A DNA stretch of 46,809 nucleotides from an uncultured Candidatus Saccharibacteria bacterium (GCA_964366055.1 CAYISE010000003.1:1-46809); one strand, 5' to 3'; numbered from the stretch's first letter, positions 13,374-22,633 are shown. Notes: generated by a model not told the origin, from the letters alone. A program made the numbers and translations.

Positions 13374-14912
13374 ATGCGGACGGTTCCCAAGTTATATTCC
13401 GCGGAACTGGACGGTATCAGCGCGGAACTCATTGAGGTGGAGGCCGACTTAAATGTCGGCCTTCATTCATTCAACATTGTGGGGCTGGCCGACAAAGCGC
13501 TCAACGAAGCGAAAGAAAGGGTGAACTCCGCCATAAAAAATTCCGGCATTAAACCGCCGACCAAAGAAAACCGGCGCGTCACCGTGAATCTCGCGCCAGC
13601 CGACGTGAAGAAAATTGGTTCGCGTTTTGACCTGCCGATCGCGCTCGCCTATCTCCTCGCGAGCGACCAATTGAAGGCCTTTGAAACGGGCGATAAGATA
13701 TTCATCGGCGAACTTTCTTTGGACGGCTCCTTGCGGCCGGTAGCCGGCGCTTTGAACATCGCGCTGATGGCCGAGAGAAAAAAATTCAAGGAAATTTTCC
13801 TGCCGGCCGAAAATGCCGCCGAGGTCGCAGTCCTGAACGAAGTGCGGGTGATTCCGGTTAAAAATCTGAAAGAAATTATTGAACATCTGGAGGGAATAAA
13901 AATCATCCCGCCCCGGATTAAAACCGAGATGAGCCCCGGCTACGCCGAGACCTCGGTGAGAATCGGAGAGATAAAGGGCCAGGCGGCGGCCAAACGGGCG
14001 CTCGTGATTGCCGCCAGCGGCGGACACAACCTCCTTTTCTCCGGCCCGCCGGGCACGGGGAAAACTATGCTCGCCCAGGCGATTAATTCCATCCTCCCGC
14101 CGCCCTCTTTGGAGGAGGCGATTGAGATTACGGAAATTTACAGCGCCGCCGGACTCCTTAATTCTTCCAACTCGTTCATCAACTGCCGGCCGTTTCGGGC
14201 ACCGCATCACAACGCCTCGCTCACCGCCGTCATCGGGGGCGGCTCCATCCCGAAGCCGGGTGAAATCAGTTTGGCCCATCGCGGCGTTCTTTTTTTGGAT
14301 GAAATCCCGGAGTTCCATCGGGATGTGCTGGAGGGCCTGCGGCAACCGCTTGAGGCCGGCTCCGTTTCCATCGCGCGGGCCCGAAAAGCTCTTACCTTCC
14401 CGGCCAGATTTATGCTCGTCGCCGCCATGAATCCCTGCCCCTGCGGCTACTTCGGCGACCCGGAAAAAGAGTGCCGCTGCACGGCCAACGAGGTTTTTCG
14501 ATACCACAAAAAAATGTCCGGTCCGTTGCTGGACCGGATTGATATCCAGCTGGAAGTGCCCCGCGTTTCGGTCATTGAACTTCGGGAAGAAAAAAGCGAC
14601 GCGGGTGAAAAAACCCACAAAGAAAATATAAAAATCGCTCGCCAAATCCAGCGCGAGCGCTTCAAAAAGAACGGTTTTAAAATATTCACCAACGCCGAAA
14701 TGTCCTCCCGGCAAACGGATCAGATAATAAAACTGGAAGACGACGCGGAAAAATTCCTGAAAGAAACGCTGGAGAAAAATTTCATCTCCGCCCGCGGCTA
14801 CTATCGCATCTTGAAAGTATCCCAGACCATCGCCGACTTGGATGCGACGCCGAAAATAAAAATAGAACACCTGGCGGAGGCGTTTCAATACAGATTGAAA
14901 ATGGGAGAATAA
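13374..14912 (+). CDS. comM: YifB/ComM family Mg-chelatase-like AAA+ ATPase
   Basis: Lon-like N-terminal domain, Walker A GPPGTGKTMLA, Walker B GVLFLDEIPEF, and the Cys cluster NPCPCGYFGDPEKECRC. The ATG at 13374 directly follows the upstream stop. Confidence 0.9.
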   Translation: MRTVPKLYSAELDGISAELIEVEADLNVGLHSFNIVGLADKALNEAKERVNSAIKNSGIKPPTKENRRVTVNLAPADVKKIGSRFDLPIALAYLLASDQLKAFETGDKIFIGELSLDGSLRPVAGALNIALMAERKKFKEIFLPAENAAEVAVLNEVRVIPVKNLKEIIEHLEGIKIIPPRIKTEMSPGYAETSVRIGEIKGQAAAKRALVIAASGGHNLLFSGPPGTGKTMLAQAINSILPPPSLEEAIEITEIYSAAGLLNSSNSFINCRPFRAPHHNASLTAVIGGGSIPKPGEISLAHRGVLFLDEIPEFHRDVLEGLRQPLEAGSVSIARARKALTFPARFMLVAAMNPCPCGYFGDPEKECRCTANEVFRYHKKMSGPLLDRIDIQLEVPRVSVIELREEKSDAGEKTHKENIKIARQIQRERFKKNGFKIFTNAEMSSRQTDQIIKLEDDAEKFLKETLEKNFISARGYYRILKVSQTIADLDATPKIKIEHLAEAFQYRLKMGE

Positions 14913-14920
14913 GTCGGTGG

Positions 14921-15613
14921 CTACTTGCTCACCGCGAACGGGTTTTTCGCGCCGTAGACCTCAAAATGAAGATGGCAGCCGGTCGGTCCGTGAGTATTTC
15001 CCGTGCTTCCCATTACGCCGATTTCTCCACCGCGATTCACATAATCGCCAACCCTGACAATGGCCTTATCCAAATGAGCGTAACGGGTCTTCGTGCCGTT
15101 CGGATGTTCCAAAAGAACAAATATCCCGTAGCCATCATTCCAACCGCTTGAACCGTCGCCGAAATTCTCATCCGCCACCACCAGTCCTTCCGCCGCCGCG
15201 TGAACCGAGGCGCCGCATTGATTGGCAATATCCACCGCGTTGTAATTGTGAAGTTCTCCCCAATTCCAGCCGATAGCCGGCAAAGCGAAATAGTTCTTCA
15301 GGTCGGGCAGGTTCGCGCCCGCGGAAGGGAGTTGAACCCGGGAAGCCAAATCGGTTTTGACGTTGCCCTTCTTTTCTTTGTATTTAAAATTGCTTAGGGG
15401 ATCGGAGGCGCCTGCGATGGCGCTGTTTTCTATAAAAAAGTTCCCGCCGTTGCCGCCCGAATTGCCGTTTCCCGGATAAACAACATCTCCCCGAAAGGAG
15501 GATTGTTCTGCCTCCGATTTTCCGACGGGGCCGCCCGAGTTCCAAATAATCGGCTTGGCATAGACCTCAATTCTTTGCCAAGACCAAAAACCCAGCGCGT
15601 TGAAGCCGAGCAA
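14921..15613 (-). CDS. M23 family (LytM-like) peptidoglycan metallopeptidase
   Basis: Has HNYNAVDI, GYGIFVLLEHPNGTKTRYAHL and GSTGNTHGPTGCHLHFEV motifs. The only canonical start in frame is TTG at 15613, inside the predicted N-terminal TM segment, so the start is uncertain. Confidence 0.85.
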   Translation of the reverse strand: MLGFNALGFWSWQRIEVYAKPIIWNSGGPVGKSEAEQSSFRGDVVYPGNGNSGGNGGNFFIENSAIAGASDPLSNFKYKEKKGNVKTDLASRVQLPSAGANLPDLKNYFALPAIGWNWGELHNYNAVDIANQCGASVHAAAEGLVVADENFGDGSSGWNDGYGIFVLLEHPNGTKTRYAHLDKAIVRVGDYVNRGGEIGVMGSTGNTHGPTGCHLHFEVYGAKNPFAVSK

Positions 15614-15861
15614 CGCGATGACAAAAAGGAGCGACCAGAAACTGGTCGTCTGAAATGCCCTCTTAAAAAGGGGCTTTATTTGGACTAGAATCGTACTGAT
15701 GGATTCATTATACCAAAAATCCGACGCATTTCAATATCTTGTGCCAACGAAGTATGCCAGCAATATACCATGCGCTAGAACAGCGTCTCTGATTTCGCCC
15801 GAAAACACTTCCTCTTTTTGAGGGATGAGAGGGCGGAGCAAGGGGGGTGCAAATAAAAAAG

Positions 15862-16674
15862 ATGACTACCAGAAAAAGTTTAGGTCAGAATTTTTTGACC
15901 AATAAAAATAAAATAAGGGAGATTGTGGCGGCGCTCGGACTTGAGGGGAACGAGACGGTGATAGAAATTGGGCCGGGACACGGGGAACTGACGAGAGAGC
16001 TAATTAAGACGCCTCTTGCGCGATTCATAGCAATAGAGAAAGATCCCGCGTTGGCGGTCTCACTCAAGAGAAATTTCCAATTATCAATTTCCAATTTCCA
16101 AACTCCAAAAATTGAAATAATGGAGGGTGATGCTTTAAAAATACTTCCCTCGTTGATTGAAAATTGTAAATTGAAAATTGAAAATTACAAGGTAGTTGGC
16201 AATATCCCTTTCTATATCACGGGATTTCTCTTAAGAGTATTGAGCGAGCTAGAACCAAAACCTGAGAGAATCGTTTTAACGGTCCAAAAGGAGGTGGCGG
16301 CGAGAATCGCCGCCCGGCCGCCCAAGATGAACCTGCTCGCCGCGAGCGTTCAGTTCTGGGCCGAACCGGAGATAACGGGAATTATTCCCAAAAGCGATTT
16401 TTCGCCCCAACCTAAGGTGGATTCGGCGATTTTAAAAATCACCCCGAAGAAAACGGGCGCGAAACCGGAAAATTATTATCCCCTCATTAAAACGCTTTTC
16501 AAACAGCCGCGCAAAACGATTCTCAATAATCTTCTCGCGGGATACGCCATACCAAAGGAAAAATTGATAAAAATCCTTGAATTAGCGAATATCAACCCAA
16601 ACGACAGACCTCAAAATCTTGGCTTAAATAACTTTTTTAATTTTCTCCATCGCCTAGAAACCGGTTCCGACTAA
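15862..16674 (+). CDS. rsmA: 16S rRNA (adenine1518/1519-N6) dimethyltransferase RsmA/KsgA
   Basis: LGQNFL motif, SAM-binding VIEIGPGHGELT, and GNIPFYIT. The ATG at 15862 is preferred over GTG at 15847. Confidence 0.9.
   Translation: MTTRKSLGQNFLTNKNKIREIVAALGLEGNETVIEIGPGHGELTRELIKTPLARFIAIEKDPALAVSLKRNFQLSISNFQTPKIEIMEGDALKILPSLIENCKLKIENYKVVGNIPFYITGFLLRVLSELEPKPERIVLTVQKEVAARIAARPPKMNLLAASVQFWAEPEITGIIPKSDFSPQPKVDSAILKITPKKTGAKPENYYPLIKTLFKQPRKTILNNLLAGYAIPKEKLIKILELANINPNDRPQNLGLNNFFNFLHRLETGSD
16072..16106. repeat. Heptanucleotide repeats inside rsmA: AATTTCC AATTATC AATTTCC AATTTCC AAACTCC
   Basis: Read directly. In frame, encoding ...NFQLSISNFQTPK.... Confidence 0.85.
16156..16190. 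repeat. Heptanucleotide repeats inside rsmA: ATTGAAA ATTGTAA ATTGAAA ATTGAAA ATTACAA
   Basis: Read directly. In frame, encoding ...LIENCKLKIENYK.... Confidence 0.85.
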
Positions 16675-16679
16675 TAACT

Positions 16680-16699
16680 CACTTCAATTGATTGAAGTG
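16680..16699. repeat. Inverted repeat CACTTCAAT-TG-ATTGAAGTG (copy 1 of 2)
   Basis: 9-bp arms with a 2-nt centre, 28 nt upstream of the paralogue B start. Followed by TGATATAAT at 16703-16711. Confidence 0.85.
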
Positions 16700-16726
16700 A
16701 TTTGATATAATAAAAACGATTTATAT

Positions 16727-17104
16727 ATGGTTCGGGTCAATAAAAAATATTTGGGAGAAGAACTGCGGAACGCGGCTTGGCGGCATTTTTTGGAAGTGGT
16801 AAAAAGTTCCGAATCGGAGAAGACCCTGGTGGAAAACCTGCACAAGTTTTTGACCGATGCCGAAACAATAATGGTTGAAAAACGGCTTACGATTCCGATT
16901 CTTCTAGAACGCGGCTTAAGTTATGCGGCGATCGGCAAAACGATAGATGTCAGCCCAGGCACGATCAGTTTCGTAAAACACAATCTCGTGAGAAAACCAG
17001 TAGTGCGCCGCAAATACAGCTCAAGCATGACCCGCAAACCCAAAGAGAAACCGTTTTTTATTCCGTCGCGCGCGGAACACGGTCGGCGATTTCATCGGAT
17101 ATAA
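16727..17104 (+). CDS. TrpR/YerC-YecD-like helix-turn-helix protein (paralogue B)
   Basis: 125 aa. Collinear with ORF 816-1199 (MxRVNKK...ELRxAAWR...EKRLxIxxLLERGxSYxxIGxxxDVxxxTISFVKHNL...RKY). Confidence 0.7.
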   Translation: MVRVNKKYLGEELRNAAWRHFLEVVKSSESEKTLVENLHKFLTDAETIMVEKRLTIPILLERGLSYAAIGKTIDVSPGTISFVKHNLVRKPVVRRKYSSSMTRKPKEKPFFIPSRAEHGRRFHRI

Positions 17105-17156
17105 ACATAAAAACGGGGATATTAATAAAACACCGGTAATGCTGGCGTTACAAGCC

Positions 17157-17182
17157 GGGCACTTCAGTTGATTGAAGTGCCC
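17157..17182. repeat. Inverted repeat GGGCACTTCA-GTTGAT-TGAAGTGCCC (copy 2 of 2; shares the CACTTCA/TGAAGTG arms with 16680-16699)
   Basis: 10-bp arms. Located 53 nt after the paralogue B stop and about 150 nt upstream of the VirB4 operon. Confidence 0.85.
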
Positions 17183-17328
17183 AGAATTAAAATGATTCCG
17201 ACAAAACTGCTTTTGTTCGCTCTAAAATTCTCATTTTCCATTCCTATTAGAATCACCAAATCATGCGATCGGCTTTAAATGTTGTATACTGATGTTATGC
17301 CCCGCAATAAAAGGGTGTGTTTGCTTGT

Positions 17329-18123
17329 ATGAAAAAACGGAGAATAATTTCCGCCGCCGTTGTATTAAGCGGGCTGGCTCTTTTTTTGGTGATAATCAAC
17401 TGGCCCGATAAAAACGCTCAAAAATCGGCGGCGGGGAGCGTTTCAAACCGAGCCGGCGATGCCTCGGGGCTGGAATTTCAAGTCAACCGAGACCGCAATT
17501 TGGTAACGAACCCGGCCGCCGCGGAGAAAAAAGCGGCCAGCTCCGATAATTTAACCGACCGGCTGGCCCAAAATTTGTCGCAAAACATTCTTCAGATGAA
17601 CAACAGCTTCAATTCGGGACAGGGCACCTCAACCGTGAAACTCCCCTCGCCGGATTCCTTGACCAGCATGATTGGACAATCTATAGGCGGGCAAAGTATT
17701 CAGTTTCCGACCTTCAGTGAAAAGGATATTCGGCTCAATCCCGATAATTCCACTGACGCCCAACTCGCCTATATCAAGACGCTGGGAGAAATAACTAAAA
17801 AGAACTTCGCCGGTTTTAACACACCCGTTCTGACCATCCTGAATAATTTTTTTGAGCAGAATAATTCCGAGGCGCTCGCCAAGTATGTGGCTATCGCGGG
17901 AAATCAAATTAATGACCTTCTCGCGCTTAAGGTGCCGACCCAACTTTCCGCCTGGCACCTCCAAAATCTGAATCTGTGGGAAAAGAAATTAGCGGTCTAC
18001 AAAGCCATTCTGGATTTGAACGCCGACCCGCTCAAGGCCGCCTTGGCGATTCAGGAAGTTAACGGCATCGGACAGGAAAACGAGAGTATTCAAAAAGTGT
18101 TAAATGATTTCGCGAAGAAATGA
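17329..18123 (+). CDS. Hypothetical N-terminally anchored protein (first gene of the VirB4-type operon)
   Basis: MKKRRIISAAVVLSGLALFLVII signal/anchor followed by a mostly helical domain. A TATACT box lies at 17284-17289. The stop overlaps the next start (ATGA). No family recognised. Confidence 0.6.
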   Translation: MKKRRIISAAVVLSGLALFLVIINWPDKNAQKSAAGSVSNRAGDASGLEFQVNRDRNLVTNPAAAEKKAASSDNLTDRLAQNLSQNILQMNNSFNSGQGTSTVKLPSPDSLTSMIGQSIGGQSIQFPTFSEKDIRLNPDNSTDAQLAYIKTLGEITKKNFAGFNTPVLTILNNFFEQNNSEALAKYVAIAGNQINDLLALKVPTQLSAWHLQNLNLWEKKLAVYKAILDLNADPLKAALAIQEVNGIGQENESIQKVLNDFAKK

Positions 18124-19664
18124 TAAATACAAATCAAAAATTTATCAGAGCGGTTTTCGCGGGCGCGCTCGCAGTGATTATGATTATTCAAATCTACCCC
18201 ACCACAACCGCATACGCCGGCATACCTTTTTCTCCTGTTGATGTTGTCACCGACCCTGTCCACACGGCATTAACTGCGGGTGGTTGGGTAGCGGAGGCCG
18301 GTCGTTTCATTTGGGACAAGATTTTAAGTGTGGCGCTCCAGGCCCTGAAAAAACGGCTTTTGGACACCATGACCGACCAGATAGTGGGGTGGATCAACGG
18401 GGGCGGGAAACCCAAGTTCACTACCGATTTTGGGAGCGTATTCACGGATGCCGCCGACGCGGCGGTCGGCGATGTCCTTCAGCAATATGCCAGCACGAAA
18501 GCCCTCTGCCAGCCCTTCGCTTTTAACATTCAGCTCCAGCTTCAAAAACCAGCGCCGCTCTCCCAGCAAGTGACTTGCTCCCTGACCAGCGTGATAAGCA
18601 ATTTTAAGGCCTACCGCGATAATTTTGAAAATGGCGGCTGGCTCGGCTATCAGGAACTTTTGAAACCCCAGAACAACCAATGGGGCGCGGAGATTATCAC
18701 CCAGGACGAGATATTAAACCGCACCGCCCGGAAAACCAGCGAAAATGTTCTCCGACAACAGATAAATGTCGGCTTTAACAGCGAGGAATGTACGGGCGGA
18801 TGGGATGTATTTGATAAAAGAACAAGAGCTCCATTTAAAGCGGCTAATGGCGAACTGGGTTATAGGCATCAGCCCCCCGATCCTGACCATTCCCGTGCCC
18901 CGAACGACCCGCCACCCACACCGGATCCAACCAATCCAAATCTTGAATACGTATGCGCTAAGGCCACAGTTACTACGCCGGGCGGACTTCTTGCCGAAGG
19001 TTTAAAAAAATCCACTTATAAAGAATTTGATCTGGTCATCAATTCAACGGACTTAACTAATTCTCTCGCGATTATCGCCGACGCGGCCTTCAATAGACTT
19101 ATCAGCGCGGGTGTTAAGGGGCTTAAGGATATATTCAACCCAGCCAACCCGCCAACCACCGTGCCGCAAGACCTAAGGGACGCGGACAGGAGCTATCGGG
19201 ATACCCAAAGTCAGATTACCCGCGACACCTATCTCTCCCAATTAAACCCCGCCAAGGAGGCCGCCCGCTCGGCCCAATCCACGCTTACTCTCGCTTCCGA
19301 AACCAATCAAACCGTGATTGACACGGCTAATGAACTGCTGACTTGCAACGCTAATCCGACCGACCTCACATTCGCTCAAAACGCGATAAGTGTGGCGAAT
19401 TCAACCGAACAAACCATAATCAAAAAGTCCGAGGAGGTTGAATCGGCTATTACGACTCTGGACAACTTCATTTCAAGCGTGGGACGTTGCGCGGACATTA
19501 GCTGTCTCTCACAGATAAATCAGCAGAATATGAATAAAGCCATCAGCGCCGCGACCGGTTTGAACATTGAGGCGAATAACCTTCTTCTTGGCGCTCAAAA
19601 CACCCTGACCGAAATTCAAAAACGCAAGATGAGCAACAATTGCCCCGTTTCAAACACGCCGTAA
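18120..19664 (+). CDS. Hypothetical large exported/anchored protein (514 aa)
   Basis: N-terminal TM, a Pro-rich insert (PPDPDHSRAPNDPPPTPDPTNP) and a C-terminal helical region. Translationally coupled to both neighbours. No family recognised. Confidence 0.6.
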   Translation: MINTNQKFIRAVFAGALAVIMIIQIYPTTTAYAGIPFSPVDVVTDPVHTALTAGGWVAEAGRFIWDKILSVALQALKKRLLDTMTDQIVGWINGGGKPKFTTDFGSVFTDAADAAVGDVLQQYASTKALCQPFAFNIQLQLQKPAPLSQQVTCSLTSVISNFKAYRDNFENGGWLGYQELLKPQNNQWGAEIITQDEILNRTARKTSENVLRQQINVGFNSEECTGGWDVFDKRTRAPFKAANGELGYRHQPPDPDHSRAPNDPPPTPDPTNPNLEYVCAKATVTTPGGLLAEGLKKSTYKEFDLVINSTDLTNSLAIIADAAFNRLISAGVKGLKDIFNPANPPTTVPQDLRDADRSYRDTQSQITRDTYLSQLNPAKEAARSAQSTLTLASETNQTVIDTANELLTCNANPTDLTFAQNAISVANSTEQTIIKKSEEVESAITTLDNFISSVGRCADISCLSQINQQNMNKAISAATGLNIEANNLLLGAQNTLTEIQKRKMSNNCPVSNTP

Positions 19665-21172
19665 TGGAAAAAATAATCCGAAATAAAAAGTTCATTCTGT
19701 TAATTATCTCGGGGGGCTTGCTCGGGCTCGTTCTCTTTCTCATTCCTCATTCCGCCGAAGCCGGCCTTTTCAGCATAGACGGCATTGCCGCGAGCGTGGT
19801 CACTTTCGCTTTCAAGATAATCGCCTCTATTTTTAATTTCATTTTCGGTTTTTTCTTTATGCTGGCGGGATGGCTGGTCACCATCGCCTTAACGTTAAAC
19901 AGTCAGATTCTCATGGATTCAAACGCGCTGGTGAAAATCGGCTGGACCATCACTCGCGACGTGGCTAACTTGGGCTTCGTCCTGATTATGATTATTATGG
20001 CGGTCGCGACCATCGTCCGTTATGGAAAATACAGCGTTCAGAAGCTGCTTCCACTTTTAATCGGCGCCGCCATTCTGGTCAATTTCAGTTTAACCATCGC
20101 CGGCGTTCTGATAAAATTCTCCGATATCGTTTCCGCCACATTTACGGAAAAACTGAATGCCGGCAACATCACCGACGCCCTGGCCGGCGCCTTCAGCCCC
20201 CAGCGTCTGCTTCTGAAGGACACGGAGAATTTGTCGCCGCCCGACCCCGCCGAGCAGGGCGGCAGCTTCGGCGGTTTTTCCTCCGCGGTTCTGGTCAGCA
20301 TCTCCGGACTTGTTTTTAACGTTGTCTTTTTAGCCATAGCCACTTTTTCAATGGCTGCGGTCGCGCTGATGCTTCTCTATCGGTATATAGCTCTGTCAAT
20401 CCTGCTGATTCTCGCGCCGCTCGCGTGGCTTTTCTGGGTCTTCCCGGATTTGCAAAATCTTTTCCACGATTGGTGGGGAAAGTTCATAAAATGGACCTTC
20501 TTTTTGCCGGCCACCACCTTCTTCCTTTATTTGGCCGTGCAGGCGGCCAGCGCGCTGAAAGACAGTAAAATGTTTCTGGGGAGTATTTTTACCACCAGCG
20601 GTTTAGCTGAAGTTATGGCGCAAGGCGCGCAGATGATAGTCCTGACCGGCTTGCTTTTGGGCGGGCTCATCGCGGCCCAAAAAATTGGTGTCGCGGGAGC
20701 GGCGGGGGCGATGAAGCTGGCGGAGAAAGCCGGTCGGGGGGCCAGAAAGGGATTAGGCACTTACGCTCAAAACAAATCAGCGAGAGCAACGGCGGTATTA
20801 TTAAATACTCCTCCTCTTAGAGCGGCAAGATTGGGAGTAATAAGAGCTGGCCGTAAACTTAAGGGTGTGGGTGCCACATCTGGACCAATAGCCAAATTTT
20901 TCTCCAGACCGCTAAGGAGCGCCGGGAGAGGACTTGAGGGAACCGGAGGAAAGGTGAGTGGTTTTGCAAGTAAAAAAAGGCAACCCGCCAGTCTTTTTGG
21001 TTCGGTGTTAAAGGGCGTCTATTCATCAGTATCCGGGAAAAGACAATGGCAATGCGGCACATGCGGTACCGTTGTGGGCCCGAGTAAAAACCCTCCGTCA
21101 AAGTGTCCAAATCATACGTGTCAAACTAACGTAGCGGGGTCCGGCGTTAATCTTTCATGGAGGACTCTTTAA
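19664..21172 (+). CDS. VirB6/TrbL-like polytopic membrane protein with a basic tail and C-terminal zinc ribbon
   Basis: At least 6 predicted TM segments and operon context with VirB3/VirB4-like genes. The tail is rich in K/R/G/A and ends in CGTCG...CPNHTC. The ATG at 19664 overlaps the upstream stop (TAATG). Confidence 0.55.
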   Translation: MEKIIRNKKFILLIISGGLLGLVLFLIPHSAEAGLFSIDGIAASVVTFAFKIIASIFNFIFGFFFMLAGWLVTIALTLNSQILMDSNALVKIGWTITRDVANLGFVLIMIIMAVATIVRYGKYSVQKLLPLLIGAAILVNFSLTIAGVLIKFSDIVSATFTEKLNAGNITDALAGAFSPQRLLLKDTENLSPPDPAEQGGSFGGFSSAVLVSISGLVFNVVFLAIATFSMAAVALMLLYRYIALSILLILAPLAWLFWVFPDLQNLFHDWWGKFIKWTFFLPATTFFLYLAVQAASALKDSKMFLGSIFTTSGLAEVMAQGAQMIVLTGLLLGGLIAAQKIGVAGAAGAMKLAEKAGRGARKGLGTYAQNKSARATAVLLNTPPLRAARLGVIRAGRKLKGVGATSGPIAKFFSRPLRSAGRGLEGTGGKVSGFASKKRQPASLFGSVLKGVYSSVSGKRQWQCGTCGTVVGPSKNPPSKCPNHTCQTNVAGSGVNLSWRTL

Positions 21173-21192
21173 GTGTTTAAAAATAAATCATT

Positions 21193-22125
21193 ATGATTGT
21201 GATAAAAAACGAACAACAGGTAATTGGGGCTTATGAAAAATTACCGCCCAAAATTCAAGAAGCCATTGATGCAATTTCGAACCTTGAGATAATTCAAAAA
21301 ATATCAAGGAAATACAAATTAAGCGGGGACGACGGGGAAACTCTTGAGATGTTCACCGGATTTACTCTTTTGGGTTTTATCCGCCCCAAGAATCTCTTGG
21401 ATGAGGTGGCGCCAATTCTTGAGGTTAAAGAACAAACCTTAGTTGAAATATTAAAAGAAATAAATCGAGAAATATTTTTGCCCCTCCACGATGATTTCCA
21501 AGTTCTCTACCAATCTCAAACATCGTCTTGGGAAACTAACGAGGAAGAACAAGAAACTAATCTTAGAATAAAGATTTTCGAGGGGGGGAGGAATGAAAAA
21601 AAATCATCCACCGAAACAAAAGTGATAGAAATAAATGAGTTGGGGTTGGGAAAAGAAGAACGCGGAGAAGAAAAATCAGTTCCAATCAGTTCCAACGCCC
21701 CCTTCATCCTTCACGAGGAAAAGAGCGCGGGGACCGTGGCGGGGGGAAGAAAATCAATTTTGAAAAGTATTGCCATCCCGCTCGGCTTCTTCAAATCAAA
21801 AAACCAATTATCATCTCAACCGGCTAAACCAATAAGAGTGGAGATTGAAATACCTAAAAGCGAGAAGCGGGTGGTAAATTACAGCGAGTTAAGAAGCTCG
21901 CTCTCGCCCTTTGAGAATCAGGATTTTATCAATATTGGGAGTATCAATGAACAAAAAACTTCCGCAATCATTCCAGAAATTCCTAAACCCGTGGAACCGG
22001 CGCCCGCGCCTAAAATTCCGGAAAAACCGGCGGCGCCGGAGGAAAAATCGGAAATCCTGGGCACGATTAAAAAACCCGAACCGAAAATAGAAGGAAACAC
22101 GATAGATTTAAGTCCCATAAAATGA
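21193..22125 (+). CDS. Hypothetical protein (310 aa) with an acidic middle and a Pro-rich C-terminus
   Basis: Clean ORF in the operon. No family recognised. Confidence 0.55.
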   Translation: MIVIKNEQQVIGAYEKLPPKIQEAIDAISNLEIIQKISRKYKLSGDDGETLEMFTGFTLLGFIRPKNLLDEVAPILEVKEQTLVEILKEINREIFLPLHDDFQVLYQSQTSSWETNEEEQETNLRIKIFEGGRNEKKSSTETKVIEINELGLGKEERGEEKSVPISSNAPFILHEEKSAGTVAGGRKSILKSIAIPLGFFKSKNQLSSQPAKPIRVEIEIPKSEKRVVNYSELRSSLSPFENQDFINIGSINEQKTSAIIPEIPKPVEPAPAPKIPEKPAAPEEKSEILGTIKKPEPKIEGNTIDLSPIK

Positions 22126-22601
22126 ATTTTCAGGTTCCCCAATTCATAGAGCAGAAGCCGAAAATCGTCGGGTTTTTGACCCTGTTTCAATTTCTGTATC
22201 TGGCCGGCGTCGCTCTGCTCGGATACGTTTCCTTTTACGTCTTCAATTTCTTTCTGGCTCTCATAATAACCGTGTTCGCCGGTCTCGTCGGCCTCGCCCT
22301 CGCCTTCGTAAAAATCAACGGCCAGGAGTTCCCCCGAATCGTCATAGCGGTTTTCAGCTACCTGTGGAATCCCAAAATCTACGTCTGGCAAAGGCAAACG
22401 CTTCAGTCCTCCGTAAATATCAAAGAGATGGAGAATTTGAGAAATAAGATGGGCCTCCAAGAAAAATTAAAATCCGTCGCCTTAAACATCACTACCGGAA
22501 AATTTTTCAGCCGGAAACAAAAAGCGGGGGATGAAGAAAAATACGAAACGGTGGTTTTCCTCACGGGCGAGCGAAAAACCGCCAAGCGGGTGGACTACTG
22601 A
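22122..22601 (+). CDS. PrgI-family (VirB3-like) membrane protein
   Basis: FQVPQFIEQKPKIVGFLTLFQFLYLAG followed by two TM segments matches the Gram-positive PrgI/VirB3-like pattern. Lies immediately upstream of the VirB4-like genes. Confidence 0.6.
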   Translation: MNFQVPQFIEQKPKIVGFLTLFQFLYLAGVALLGYVSFYVFNFFLALIITVFAGLVGLALAFVKINGQEFPRIVIAVFSYLWNPKIYVWQRQTLQSSVNIKEMENLRNKMGLQEKLKSVALNITTGKFFSRKQKAGDEEKYETVVFLTGERKTAKRVDY

Positions 22602-22633
22602 ATAATTTTATAATTTTGTAATACAATAACCAC

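Noticed and set aside
13467-14888. 473-aa ORF on the - strand
   Set aside because: It is entirely antisense to the well-supported comM/yifB gene (Walker A/B, Lon-like domain). Its translation is R/G/F-rich low-complexity sequence with no motifs. This is a typical shadow ORF.
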